The position numbers and the translations under genes were made by a program. Of a DNA stretch of 64,000 nucleotides, positions 27,591 through 40,639 are shown in pieces; the stretch's first letter is position 1, and each line of letters opens with the position of its first letter. Source of the stretch: Eledone cirrhosa (Eukaryota); NCBI GenBank assembly GCA_964016885.1, contig OZ024741.1:192634001-192698000 (forward strand), given 5' to 3'. The notes under the pieces were generated by a model that ran no database searches, was not told the DNA's origin, and saw only the letters and a program-made list of their open reading frames with translations.

Positions 27591-27787
27591 ATAATAATAA
27601 AAACAACAACAGCAATAGCAATAACACATGTTACTGACCTTGAAAAAAAAAAGGAAAAAACAAAAAAAGTCAGACATTCAAACATTACAACAACACCCAC
27701 CCCACCACCACCGCCACTACCACAACTACCACCGAAAAATGAAAATGATAATGATTTGTTGATGTTGATGGTGGCGATGCTGATGAT

Positions 27788-28300
27788 AATGGTTGTTTCT
27801 ACTTTCGGAGCAGGGCCAGCGATTACCCCAGTGTATTGCTGGTGCTCTGTCTTGTTGACCTCGTAGAAGTGAGGAGCGGTGTTGACCACGTCGGGATTTG
27901 TGCTAGGACCCTAAATGGCAGAATCTGATGATAATAATAATTGTATCTGCTTTTGGCACAGGGCCAGCGATTGACCTCGGCAGGATTTGTACTCTGACCA
28001 TAAATGGTAGATGCTGATGATAATGGTGGTTGTTTCTGCTTTGGGCGCAGGGCCGGCAATTGCCCCAGTGTATTGCTGGGACTCTGTTTTATCGACCCCG
28101 TAAGATAATAATAATAGTTTCTACTTTTGGCACAAGGCCAGCAATTATCTCAGTGCATTACTGGTACTTTATTTTATCGATCCCGTAAGGATGAAAGGCA
28201 AAGTTAACCTCATTCTGAGTTCAAATCCCGCCGAGGTTAACTTTGCCTTTCATCCTTACGGGATCGATAAAATAAAGCACCAGTAATGCACTGGGATAAT
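27788..28300. mobile_element. Stack of SINE family 1 fragments, including an inverted pair
   Basis: Several minus-strand fragments separated by (TAA/TGA)n. 28150-28212 and 28234-28296 are reverse complements. Confidence 0.8.
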
Positions 28301-28329
28301 GGTTTCTTTATTATTAATAATAATAATAA

Positions 28330-28665
28330 TAATGCTTTCTTTATTAACCACAAGGGTTTACACAAAGTAGACATTAAGCACAGTACAGGACAGTACAGGA
28401 CAATACAGGACGGTACAAATGGGCATTTCTGCGTGTAAAAAAAATCAAAAAAACAGAGGATGTAATAAAAGAACAATGAAAAATTCCCCAATAGGGACAT
28501 CAAGAAAAACATTACAAACGGCACAGGACGGCACAGGACGGTACGATGTGGGTTTTGTGCGTGTAAAGATTTTTATTATTTATATAAGAAAAGAAAATAA
28601 GACATAGAAACATATATATATATAAAAACAATAAAAATGAAAATTGAAACAATGAAAAATTCCCC

Positions 28666-28668
<3 letters not shown>
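28330..28668 (-). mobile_element. Solo 3' UTR of the L1/Tx1-like LINE
   Basis: Highly similar to 26545-26700, with an internal partial duplication. Flanked by (TAA)n. Confidence 0.8.
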
Positions 28669-28699
<31 letters not shown>

Positions 28700-29450
28700 G
28701 AGGAAACTGAATTCAGAGATCCACAGAAATGGAACTGGTTGAAAAGAGGAGACCTTAAAAAGGCTACAGAAGGAATGCTAATGGAGGAGGCTACCGCACT
28801 GTGTAGGATCTGTGGAGAGAGAGAGGAGACTGTGGCTCACATTGTATCCGAGTGTAAATACCTAGCCCAGACTCACTATAAAGGCTGGAGACATGATGTG
28901 ATGGGCAAGGTAATCCACTGGCACCTATGCAAAGTAAACAATTTACCACATTCTGAGAAGTGGTATGAGCATAAGCCAGAGTCGGTGATAGAAAACGATC
29001 AGGTGAAGGTGCTGTGGGATTTTAGGATACAGACGGACAATAAATTAGAACACAATAGACCTGACTTGGTGGTTTTGGACAAGGAAAAAAGATCGTGCCT
29101 GATTGTGGATGTGGCCTGCCCATTCGACACGAGAGTGCAAGAGAAGGAGAGGGAGAAAATTAACCGATACCAGGACTTAAAGTGGGAGGTAAAAAGGATT
29201 TGGAACTGCCATGAAGTCAAAGTGGTCCCGATTGTCATAGGCGCACTGGGTACTATCTCAAAGAGTTTCCAAGGATGGTTAAAGAAAATTGACCCCGCCC
29301 CGCGTTTTGGAACACTCAAAAGGCATGCTTTCTGGGAACAACAATAACCCTCCGATACGTCCTGAATATCTGAGGCTGCAGGTAGTGGCTTGATATTCAT
29401 TTCAACAAACTTTCCAGTTAACTAACATCAATGACTGAGACTCAAAGAAC
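28700..29450 (+). mobile_element. Dong/R4-type LINE, 5'-truncated (Zn knuckle + RLE + 3' UTR)
   Basis: CRICGEREETVAHIVSEC, RHD, NRPDLVV, IVDVACPFD, EKINRYQDL and PIVIGALG motifs. (TAA)n on both sides. Internal deletion before CRIC and a frameshift at the C-terminus. Confidence 0.92.
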
Positions 29451-29512
<62 letters not shown>

Positions 29513-29513
<1 letters not shown>

Positions 29514-32503
29514 TGAAGGATGAAATTATGATCGAATGGATGAAAATGAAAGAATCTGACATGGGGCAACGAGACACCCTCCCTAAGATCCAGAACTCCA
29601 AACAGAACCAAAAGATAATACACAAGACTAACATAATTCTCAAAAACATTATCATCACAAACAAACTAAACATTACTGATTTAAATCATCTCTATTATGC
29701 ATCGGCTAAAGTCACCACTCACTTATGTGGAGTGAAGATGAAAAAACAAAGGAATTCCCACAAGACATCTACTTGGCAAGAGAACATCAATCGCCAAATA
29801 AACCTTCTCCGATCTGACATAGAAATTTTAACAAACTATAAAGTAGGTGAACATGTTAAACAAACTAAACTTAGAAAATTGAAAAAAAAGTACAGTATAA
29901 AATCAACATGTGACATAGACATGCTGATAGAAATAATCAAGCAAAAAGTGTCGGCCAAAGCTGCTCGTATAAGGCGCTTTGAAAAACGATCTAGATTCTA
30001 TAAGGACAATAATATGTTCAAAAACAACCAAAGAAACTTCTACAGAAAAATTGGTAAGTCAACAATAACTGCTAAATCAATACCACCCAAGGAGGAAGTG
30101 CAAGAATTCTGGGAAAAGATCTGGGCCGAAGAAAAAGTTCATAACATACATGCCCCATGGATAGACAGACAAATGAAAGATACAGCTCACCTTGAGGAAC
30201 AAACATGGGAAAATATAACAGTTGAACAGTTGCGCTTGGCTCTAAGAAAAACCAGCAAATGGAAATCCCCAGGAAAAGACAAAATACAAAACTTTTGGAT
30301 AAATGCCTTCACAGAGTCTCATGAGCTGTTAGCCCAACTTTACAATGAAATAGTTAAGGAGCCAGAAAAGATACCTTCATGGCTAGTTAACGGCATTACA
30401 TTCCTGCTTCCGAAGAATGATGAGACAAACAATCCCAAAAATTACAGACCGATAACTTGCTTGACCACAATGTATAAAATTTTAACATCAGTCCTAACTG
30501 AATACACATATGACCACCTGATAACAAATGACCTATTTCCCATTGAGCAGAAAGGGTGTAAACGAGGCTCATATGGCTGTAAGGATCAGCTTCTGGTTAA
30601 CAAAATGATACTGGAAGATTGTCATAATAGACACAAAAATCTATCGATTGCTTGGATAGATTATAAAAAAGCATTTGATAGTTTGCCACACAGTTGGATT
30701 GAAAAATGCTTAGAGATTTTCAAAGTATCCCCCGTTGGCAGGAGGTTTTTGTCATTCAGTATGAAGACATGGAAAACGACACTCCTTTTGAATAGTGAAA
30801 CAAAATCACTGGAAGCTGGAGAAGTTAATATTAATTGTGGAATTTTTCAGGGTGACTCTTTATCACCGCTTTTATTCTGCATCGCACTTATACCATTAAG
30901 TAAAATGCTCAATGAAACAAAACATGGATATAAAGTCTATGACAAAACCATTAATCACCTGTTCTACATGGATGACCTGAAACTATTTGCAAAAAATGAT
31001 GAACAATTGCAAGGGCTATTATCCACTGTGAAGCAGTTCAGTGATGACATTAAAATGGAGTTTGGACTAGATAAATGCGCCAAAGCAACGTTCACCAGAG
31101 GAAAGCTGCTGAAGAGTTCAGACATTAATCTTGATCGGGGGAACGTGATAAGAGAACTTGATCAAGAAAAAACTTACAAATATCTAGGTGTTTGTGAAGG
31201 AGACGGAATCAAGCACTCGACAATGAAGGAAAGGATAAGGAAGGAATGTTACCGCAGAGTAAGAGCAATCTTAAGAACGGAATTGAATGCAAGGAATAGG
31301 ATCGATGCCATAAACACGCTTGCCATACCAGTAGTAACCTACAGTTACAATGTCATCAACTGGTCAAGCACAGAGATCCTTAGGCTCGATACAAAAATTC
31401 GAAAATTCTTAACCATGCACAGAATGCATCACCCTAAAGCAGATATAGATAGAATATATCTCCCTAGGAAAGAAGGAGGACGTGGGTTAATCCAGTTAGA
31501 CATTGCGTTGAAAACTGCAACAATTGGATTATCTACATATCTAAGGGAATCACATGATTGGATGATCAAACTCGTTTTGAAACACGAAAGCATCAAAAGA
31601 TCATATTCCATTACAAAAGATGCACAAAGATACAGTAATGGACTACAAATTTCAGAAGTCCCATTTACTGCTGAAATGGAAAACACAGAAAAAGCAAAGC
31701 AGGTAAAAGTAACTGCAAAGAAAGAACTGCTACAGAAACTGGCTAAGAAATGGCAAAAAAAGCCTCTGTATGGAAAATACCCAGAGCGATCTAACAATCC
31801 TGATGTTGACAAAACTTTAACCCATCAGTGGTTGGCATCCTCTGGACTGAAATCGGAGACTGAAGGACTGATTATATCGGCACAAGATCAGTGTCTGCCA
31901 ACAAAAATTTACCAAGCCAAAATAAAAAATGGGTGCAGCCCATTATGCCGTGTATGCAAAAAACAACCAGAGACCATTGACCATATAATTTCAATGTGCA
32001 GTCCTATAGCTCCAACCGAATACCTAAACAGGCACGACAGAGCTGCACAATACATACATTGGATAATGTGTAAGCATTTTGACCTGCCCCATCAAAAGAA
32101 TTGGTGGGAGCATCAACCACCTCCCATACTTGAAAAAGATCACATCTCAATCTTGTGGAACTTTAGCATCCAAACAGACCGAAAAATAGATGCAAACAGA
32201 CCTGATATAATATTGAAAGACTTCCAAAAGAGGGTATGCCTGCTAATTGATATGTCTGACAAGAATGTATCTATAAAAACATTTGAAAAATTGAGCAAGT
32301 ATAAGGACCTGGAGATAGAAATTGGAAAAATGTGGAAATTGAGAACTAAAACAATACCAGTGGTTGTAGGCGCTCTGGGAATGATACCTAAGGGGTCTAA
32401 AGATTACATATCGCAAATCCCAGGAAACCCGCGTATAGGAGAAATACAAAAGATAGTACTAATGGGAACTGCCCATATACTAAGGAAGATTCTGTCAATA
32501 TAA
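29513..32503 (+). CDS. Dong/R4-clade non-LTR retrotransposon ORF (RT + CCHC + restriction-like endonuclease), 5'-truncated
   Basis: 996 open codons containing WKSPGKD, NYRPITCL, IDYKKAFDS, GIFQGDSLSP, YMDDLK, CRVC..ETIDHIISMC, RHD, NRPD and EKLSKYKDL. The frame opens directly at the (TAA)n junction. Confidence 0.95.
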
Positions 32504-32646
32504 GTACATCACAAGTCTAAACACTAAAGATGCATGTGTGAATATGTATGTTCTTTCTTGAACATGGCGGACCTTGTTGTCTCTTGAGGTCACTGGTTGT
32601 GACTTGGTGATAACTCGTATGAACATAAAGCAAGATAAATGCAACT

Positions 32647-32647
<1 letters not shown>
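29514..32647 (+). mobile_element. Dong/R4-type element body inserted in (TAA)n
   Basis: (TAA)n at 29451-29513 and 32648-32680, with a 3' UTR of about 145 bp. TAA targeting is established for Dong elements. Confidence 0.92.
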
Positions 32648-32677
<30 letters not shown>

Positions 32678-32681
<4 letters not shown>

Positions 32682-33237
32682 TGTTTCTACTTTTGGCAAT
32701 TACACAGTGCATTACTGGTACTTTATTTTATAATTAATTAATTAATTAATTTTAATGGCGCAGAAAGTCAATTAAATCGATTCCAGTGCGATAATGGTCC
32801 TTTATTTTATCGAGCCCCTAAGAATGAAAGGCTAAGCTAAACTCGGTGGGAGCTGATCTCAGAAAGTACAGGGATGTAAGTATATAAACAAAGCATGTTG
32901 TCTGACGCTCTATCAATACTGCTAATCCGCTGCCCTAAACATAATAATTGTTTCTACGTTAGGCACAAGGCCAGCAATTACCCAGTGCATTACTGGTACT
33001 TTATTTTATCGACCCCGTAAGGATGAAAGGCAAAGCTAATAATAATAATTGTTTCTAGTTTAGGCACAAGGCCATCAATTACCCAGTGCATTACTGGTAC
33101 TTTATTCTATCGACCCCGTAAGGATGAAAGGCAAAGTCAACCTCGGCGGGATTTGAACTCAGATCGTAAAGGGACGTAACTATGCTGGAAAGCATGGCGT
33201 CCGACCCTCTACCGATACTGCCAATCCACCACCGCCT
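32678..33237 (-). mobile_element. Stack of SINE family 1 copies (one full length at about 33041-33237)
   Basis: Repeated tail and central domains; the first lies tail-to-tail with the Dong element. Confidence 0.88.
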
Positions 33238-33439
33238 AATAATAATACTGCCAATACTACCGATACTGCCAATCCACCAAAGCTAATAATAATAATAACC
33301 GTTACTTTCATTGGTCACATACGTTACTGACAGTAGAACGTGAAACAACGACTTAAAAAGAGTTTCGTAGGGTGGTTTCGTTGGATAAAAAGCTTGAGAT
33401 CAGTCATAACAAGAAAGACATTAGTAAATAGCATTCAGT

Positions 33440-34620
33440 ATAAGGATCTCGGAAAATGAGCCAGAATTCACATAAGGCAATTTGGGGTACTCTGGATTAC
33501 TCAGACACATCAAAGACACATGCATTTTTCAAGTGCTTATTCCCAGTTTACGGGTCTATTTAGCCACGCCAAATTCGCCACTCACATTTACATTATATAA
33601 AATTCACTGGAGAACAGCATCTCCTTCCCTAAGCTTAGCTTTCTCCTCAAATTTCTTGAAGTTAATGATGTCTTGTCTTGCGAGTAAATGATCTGTCCTT
33701 CAACATTTTAACCGCATGCGCCATACAGTTTCCTTCGATCGTCATAGACACCAAACAAAGGAATACAACTTGCTTTTCAACGCCAATGGAAGGTGATGGG
33801 TCCATCTTCATGACAGTTTCCGTTAATAGACATACCCTTTTCTATACGTAATAAGAATTGGTTTACATAAACTCACAAATCAGCAATGCACGGACTCTGA
33901 ATACATACGAGTCAAACAGCTTTGTCATGCTTATAGAGGAAAAGCAGTGCTGCACTTCTCTAACACTGCCTGAAATAGTTCATAATCTCGGACATAAACT
34001 ATATCCAGAAGAGATTAAACAATCTGACTTCGTTGTATTTTCCCCCATAATCTCCACCAGGCTATCGTCACTTATTTCGTCATAAAACTCTATATGGTAC
34101 GTGAAGACTGGCTTTCCACTGATCAATTTTTAAAGCTAATAGACTACAGTGAGCATATTTCAGAAGCCAATTCTCCAATCTCGGTCAGTAGTTAAGTCCG
34201 TTGATAAAATTCGACGTCCCGCATGGATTTGCCCCTCCAGATTCCGAGTTTCAAACTCATCGACCTGGCGTTATTAATGTGTTCAATTGTTACCTTCTGG
34301 TAATCTTCCGGAATGGCATTGACCCCCTCGATTACTGATGTTCGATACGATATCAGTGACATCGTCTGAGTGTGCTGACACAGCTCTCATGTGTTACAAT
34401 TCTGAGGAGTAATGAACGTTAATGTCACCAACCACAGTTAAAGTTCAGCACCAAAGCATACAGAGGAACCGAGAGGGTGAGTCCTTAGCTGACGGAAGCG
34501 CGCGATGCAAAACTGTTCTGACTGATGACCAATTTATGTTGATCACAGTATCACAGCACCGCAAAATAGAACCACTACACATACCATGTTGTGGTGACGG
34601 TGTACACTGGTTCCCATTAA
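33440..34620 (-). pseudogene. Old degraded L1/Tx1-like LINE (RT + C-terminal remnants)
   Basis: Minus-strand GHQSEQFCIAR..PL..LYALVL and AVSAHSDDVT (YADD-like). 33860-33910 resembles 27120-27180. Confidence 0.6.
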
Positions 34621-34639
34621 TGCGCACTACCTCAATACA

Positions 34640-35215
34640 AACCACTACCGCCGCCACCAACATTACTGTCGCCACCACTACCGCCACCAATGCACACCAC
34701 CATCATTACCACAACAACAACCCCATCACCAACACCACCACAACCAACACTACGACGACGACCGCCACAAACAACAACATCACCACCACCACCACCACCA
34801 CCACCACCAACACCGTCGCCACCAATGCACACTGCCATCAATACCACATTAACAACACACTACACCATCACCACCACCACCACCAACCGCCGCCATCATT
34901 AAAACAACAACAAATAGCAACAGTAACAGCTGTTGTGGCATACCACAGCACCATCATCACAACCACTACGACCACTACGATGACGACGACTACCACCACC
35001 AACACCACCACCGCTTCTACCACCACCGCCACCACCACCACCACCACCACCACCACCAATAACAACAACAACTATGGTTCTACATATAATTAATATAAAT
35101 GATATGAGTGTTATTTCGATATATTGCTTGTGGCGGTGGTGGTGGTGGTTGTAGTGGTGGTGGTCGAGGTAGTGATGATCTTCGTGATGTTTGTATTGGT
35201 GATGGTGGTGGTGAG
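34640..35215. repeat. CAC/CAA-rich and GGT-rich low-complexity tracts
   Basis: Direct inspection. Confidence 0.9.
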
Positions 35216-35249
35216 GGTATGAATGAATAGAAACATATAGATAGATAGA

Positions 35250-35500
35250 TTTCGTTATTAGCCACAAGGGCGCAACAAGAAAGGGGACAATACAAAGACA
35301 TGCCGGGGATTTTACATACAGTCGTGTAAAAAATATAAAAACAAACAATTTCAACAATCGAAATCCCCAATAGTGGGGAGGCGCCACAAATGGGTTGTTT
35401 AATACCCCGTCGATAGAACAACCCTCAATTCAAGGAGCGTGTTGTGCAAGTGCTCCTTTCTTCCTTTTGCTCTCTTCCTCAACCTACAGGCTTATAAACA
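35250..35500 (-). mobile_element. 3' UTR of a second L1/Tx1-like family
   Basis: Sense end CCCTTGTGGCTAATAACGAAAT(CTAT)n with internal similarity to 26560-26700. Confidence 0.55.
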
Positions 35501-35552
35501 GAGAAGGCCCAAAGATAGATAGTTAGATAGATAGATAGATAGATAGATATAC

Positions 35553-35654
<102 letters not shown>

Positions 35655-35933
35655 GAATATAAAGAGATAAGATAACGACTAGATAGAAAGCCAGACGCAG
35701 TGACAGATGTGTGATTGATAGAGAGATGAATGGAGGAATACATGGAATGGTGAAAACTGTTTTAACCGGATGTAGACAGATGTGGATGTATAGATGTATG
35801 TACAGACGGTGAGAGTATGCACAAATACGCGTGCGCGAGCACACACACATACACACACACACGCGTACACATACATGCATTCATCTAGCCCGTCATACAA
35901 TCTTACATGCATACACACCCGCACCCACCCACC

Positions 35934-35990
<57 letters not shown>

Positions 35991-36238
35991 CATGCGTGTC
36001 GGGCCTTCATCTGGCTGAGCATTCTATAGACACGTGAATTATTAACAAAATTCTAAGGGAGATTCAGCATGACGCAGCGTGTGTCAAGGCTATCTTTTTG
36101 AATAGCATGCAGAACTCATTCTTTCCTAGTAATTGGACTGGAGCATCCTGAGATAAAATGTCTTGCTCAAGGATACAATGGGCTGGCGTTAATCGATCTG
36201 ACAACGTTCTCACTTGGCCATGCACTTTCACGCACACA

Positions 36239-36490
36239 CATACGTGCATATATACATAGATACCTACTTACATACATACATACTTACATACATACGTTCA
36301 TACATACATATACACATACATTCATACATATATACTTACATACAATCATACGTATATACACATACGTGCATATATACATAGATACCTACTTACATACATA
36401 CATACTTACATACATACGTTCATACATACATATACACATACATTCATACATATATACTTACATACAATCATACGTATATACACATACATA
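36239..36490 (+). repeat. 122-bp tandem duplication in a (CATA)n tract
   Basis: TACGTGCATATATACATAGATACCTACTTAC occurs at 36241 and 36363. Confidence 0.9.
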
Positions 36491-37384
36491 CATACATGCT
36501 TATATTCATACATGCATACACGGAAGTATGGTAAAGTAAAAAAAAATGTCATCTATATTTTCCTCTTTCTTCATTTGTACACATTGACTTTATAATCAAG
36601 AAAACAATTATGAGCACTTTCTATAATACGAACTATTCCATAAACTTGTGTAAAACAGGGATATATTTACGCACATTTTCCAAAACATTTTTACAACATA
36701 TTTTTCACCGTTATATTTTCAATGTATTTTCAAACCTGTCCGCACACACCATGTGCTGTATAATTAAAATTGATCTCCAAGATAAAAGAGCTCCATTTTC
36801 TCTTGGTATATATGAAATAATAGAAAAAAAATCATTACTGTTTTTATCTTGCTACAAACAGCTTTTAATTTCCTGTAACCCGACTAAATCCGAAGACCAG
36901 GTGTTCGGTGACATGACTTCCATGAGTTAGTCAAAGGACAATCGACATGGCTCATCATATTTCTACGTCTTTCTAATCTGGTGAGATTGATGCAGCAGAA
37001 GCTAAATTTAAGCACGAGTCAGGCAATGCGATTGGGAGTTAATCAAGGAAGAGGGCTTGAATCTTGTAACAAAATAGACGCTACTAATCATACCCCAAAA
37101 CCAGATGGCGTGTTAGGAATACGACTCTTATAAAGACACCCGGGTCTTAAGTGGTGCACTTAGTCTACAATTCTATTAAAGACTCATTAAGACTGAAGGG
37201 GGTTGATAAACCAAGTACAAAAGATAACAAAATACAAGGTAATGTGTTACACCGACTACCCTACTAAAAACATACAGGACCAGGCGGTCTTAGACCTACG
37301 ACCCTATAAAGGTACACAGGACCAGGCAGTGTCTTAAACCTACCACCCTATTAAAGACACACATGACCAGTTGGTGTCTTAGAT

Positions 37385-37913
37385 GAGCAGTCGTCAACCT
37401 TTCGGACCTCATGGACCTCACGGACAGCTAAATTCATCATTTTAAATCCCGCGAACCACTAATATGAATTAATGGTCAATGGTCGAAACAATACTGAAGC
37501 GTACGTGTGTCATATTGTCAATAGATGATACATATGTGTAAAATTCCTTCATGCATGTTAGTTCTTTACTGAGGAAGAACATTTTTTAGGGGTGTTATAG
37601 AATATATTTTAAATGGTGGAATGGCAGTATCGGTAAAGGGTCGGACACCATGCTTTCCAGCGTATTATGTCCCGTTACCAACTGAGTTCAAATCCCGCCG
37701 AGGTTGACTTTGCCTTTCATCCTTACGGGGTCGATAAAATAAAGTACCAGTAATGCATTGGGTAATTGCTGGCCTTGTGCCTAAAGTAGAAACAATTATC
37801 TTTATTATTAATAAAATATAAACATTGCAAATAATGTCCATATTTTTCTGCTGACCCCCAACATTTCCTCTCGGACCACCAGTGGTCCGCGGATCACCGT
37901 TTGGCGACCGCTG
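37385..37913. mobile_element. Non-autonomous hAT (Charlie-like) MITE
   Basis: Imperfect TIRs GAGCAGTCGTCAACC / GTTTGGCGACCGCTG and an 8-bp TSD TCTTAGAT / TCTTAGAC. Confidence 0.8.
37612..37800 (+). mobile_element. SINE family 1 nested in the hAT MITE
   Basis: Full head, B-box and tail. Confidence 0.88.
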
Positions 37914-39063
37914 TCTTAGACGACCTACCACCCTACTAAAAACACTCAGAATCATGTGGTATCATAGACGTACCAAAGTACTAACAACACAACAATGTCT
38001 AGGAGGTGTCATAGAGCTACCACCCACTAAAGCTGCTGAAAGACTATGTGGTGTGTCAGATGTCACGACTAGGCGGTTTCTTAGATCTACCACACTACTA
38101 AAGACATCAAAACCAGGTTGTGGCGTGTCAGATATATGAACCTACAGAAGTCAGACAAAGACCATCTGGTGTGTTTAACCTATCACCGGCTGGGTTGTCA
38201 GACATACCACACTACCAAATACACACGAAGACCTGATGGAATTATAGACCTACCACCCTACAAAAGACACCCAGGATAAAGCAATGTCTTAGACATACCA
38301 CCCTACTAAAAACACAGAAACGGGTACTGTCTTAGGCCTACCACCTTGCTAAAGACGCCATGACCAAGGTGTGATGTGTTGGACTTACTAACCTAGTAAA
38401 AACACACAGAAGTAAGTGGGCTGTTATGTCTACCACCTGGTAAACACACCCAAGGCCAGGCAGTGTCTTAGACCTAACACCCTACTAAAGACACAGAAAA
38501 GCACGTGGTGTCTTAGGCGTGCCGCGCTACTAAAGACACACGAAGAGCAGGGGTAGTATTAAACCAGGTGATGTATAAGAAGCTACAACAATACGGATGT
38601 CCCACTAATAGCTGGTTATTTAGTAGTGTTAATCTAGATTATATGTTATAACCACCACATCCTAAAATAGTGAAAAATATGATTTGAAAATGAAAAAGAG
38701 TTAAGTGATTATATTATATTGAAGGCTTCATGATACGTCATAGCTACCAAACCAAAGTAAGGCAATGTATATATTTCTTAAAGGAATACAGAAATATAAA
38801 GATTTAAACTAAGAACAATTTAGAAATGATAAAAACCACGTAGACAACTGCATAAACTAAACTGTAGGACTTACACATGCATAGTTTGCAGAAAATAGCA
38901 TTACTAGATATTGCATACATATTACATAGAATACTATAGCACTTACTCATGAACAATAACATAGAAAGCAACACTACTAAGCCTTGTTTATACAACCCCC
39001 CCCCCCCACACACGCACACACACTCAAACACATATATATACTTATATATATATACATATACAT

Positions 39064-39530
<467 letters not shown>

Positions 39531-39536
39531 CATATA

Positions 39537-39616
<80 letters not shown>

Positions 39617-39707
39617 TAAAAGATCGGATGCCATATTCAGGTTTATTTAAAACTCCGTTATACATATTTCACTGAAGACTGTCAGTTATGATATCTTATA
39701 TATATAT

Positions 39708-39757
<50 letters not shown>

Positions 39758-39761
<4 letters not shown>

Positions 39762-40352
39762 TGAAACAAAATGAAAACGAAATTTCATTTCTCACTCTTA
39801 GTATGGCACTTACTTAAATGTAAGTATGCATGTATACGTACATACATATATGTATACAGACGTACAGTAGCATGCACATATATATATATATATATATATA
39901 CATACATACATACATATGCATACAGGTACACATACATATATGCACGTATCAGTTTAGCGGCGCTTATTATAACGTCGCTTTGTTCGTTTGTAAACAAACT
40001 GAACAGCCTGAATTTATGCCATACGGTGTTAAGGCAACCACGTCACCTTTTTGTTCAACACTGACACAGGAACGATGTACTAGTTTCAAGCTTGTTAGCT
40101 ATCATCAGCACCGTTTACCCATCTGCCAGATAGTTGAACGTTCGAAAGTATATACTTTCCTTATGAAAATTAACGGCTGAGCAGCCTAATTTGCATATTG
40201 AGTGAGTTAAATCGGTCAGGCATACCGAAAACGATAAATTGAAACAAAATGAAAACGAAATTTCATTTCTCACTCTTAGTATGGCACTTACTTAAATGTA
40301 AGTATGCATGTATACGTACATACATATATGTATACAGACGTACAGTAGCATG

Positions 40353-40390
<38 letters not shown>

Positions 40391-40436
40391 CATACATACA
40401 TATGCATACAGGTACACATACATATATGCACGTATC
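39758..40436 (-). mobile_element. Retrozyme-like family A, 1.4-mer (period 478 nt) in (TA)n
   Basis: Sequence from 39758 repeats directly from 40236. One HHR per unit and no real ORF. Confidence 0.85.
40073..40113 (-). ncRNA. Minimal type I hammerhead ribozyme (family A)
   Basis: CGGTG-CTGATGA-TAGC-TAACAA-GCTT-GAA-ACTAGT-A-CATCG, with palindromic stem III and GUA triplet. Confidence 0.9.
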
Positions 40437-40438
40437 AC

Positions 40439-40599
<161 letters not shown>

Positions 40600-40639
40600 T
40601 GTGTGTGCGTGTGTGTATGTATTTATATATACAGTATAT

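Larger units (their letters stand above)
37060..38575. repeat. Diverged ~40-bp minisatellite (CTTAGACCTACCACCCTACTAAAGACAC...CCAGG.GGTGT)
   Basis: About 20 or more degenerate units, interrupted by the hAT MITE. Confidence 0.85.

Noticed and set aside
34422-35093. 223-aa ORF as a host exon
   Set aside because: It is antisense to decayed LINE RT sequence and then runs into a CAC/CAA repeat.
37060-38575. CRISPR-like periodicity
   Set aside because: Units are degenerate along their whole length with no unique spacers, in a eukaryotic context with no cas genes.
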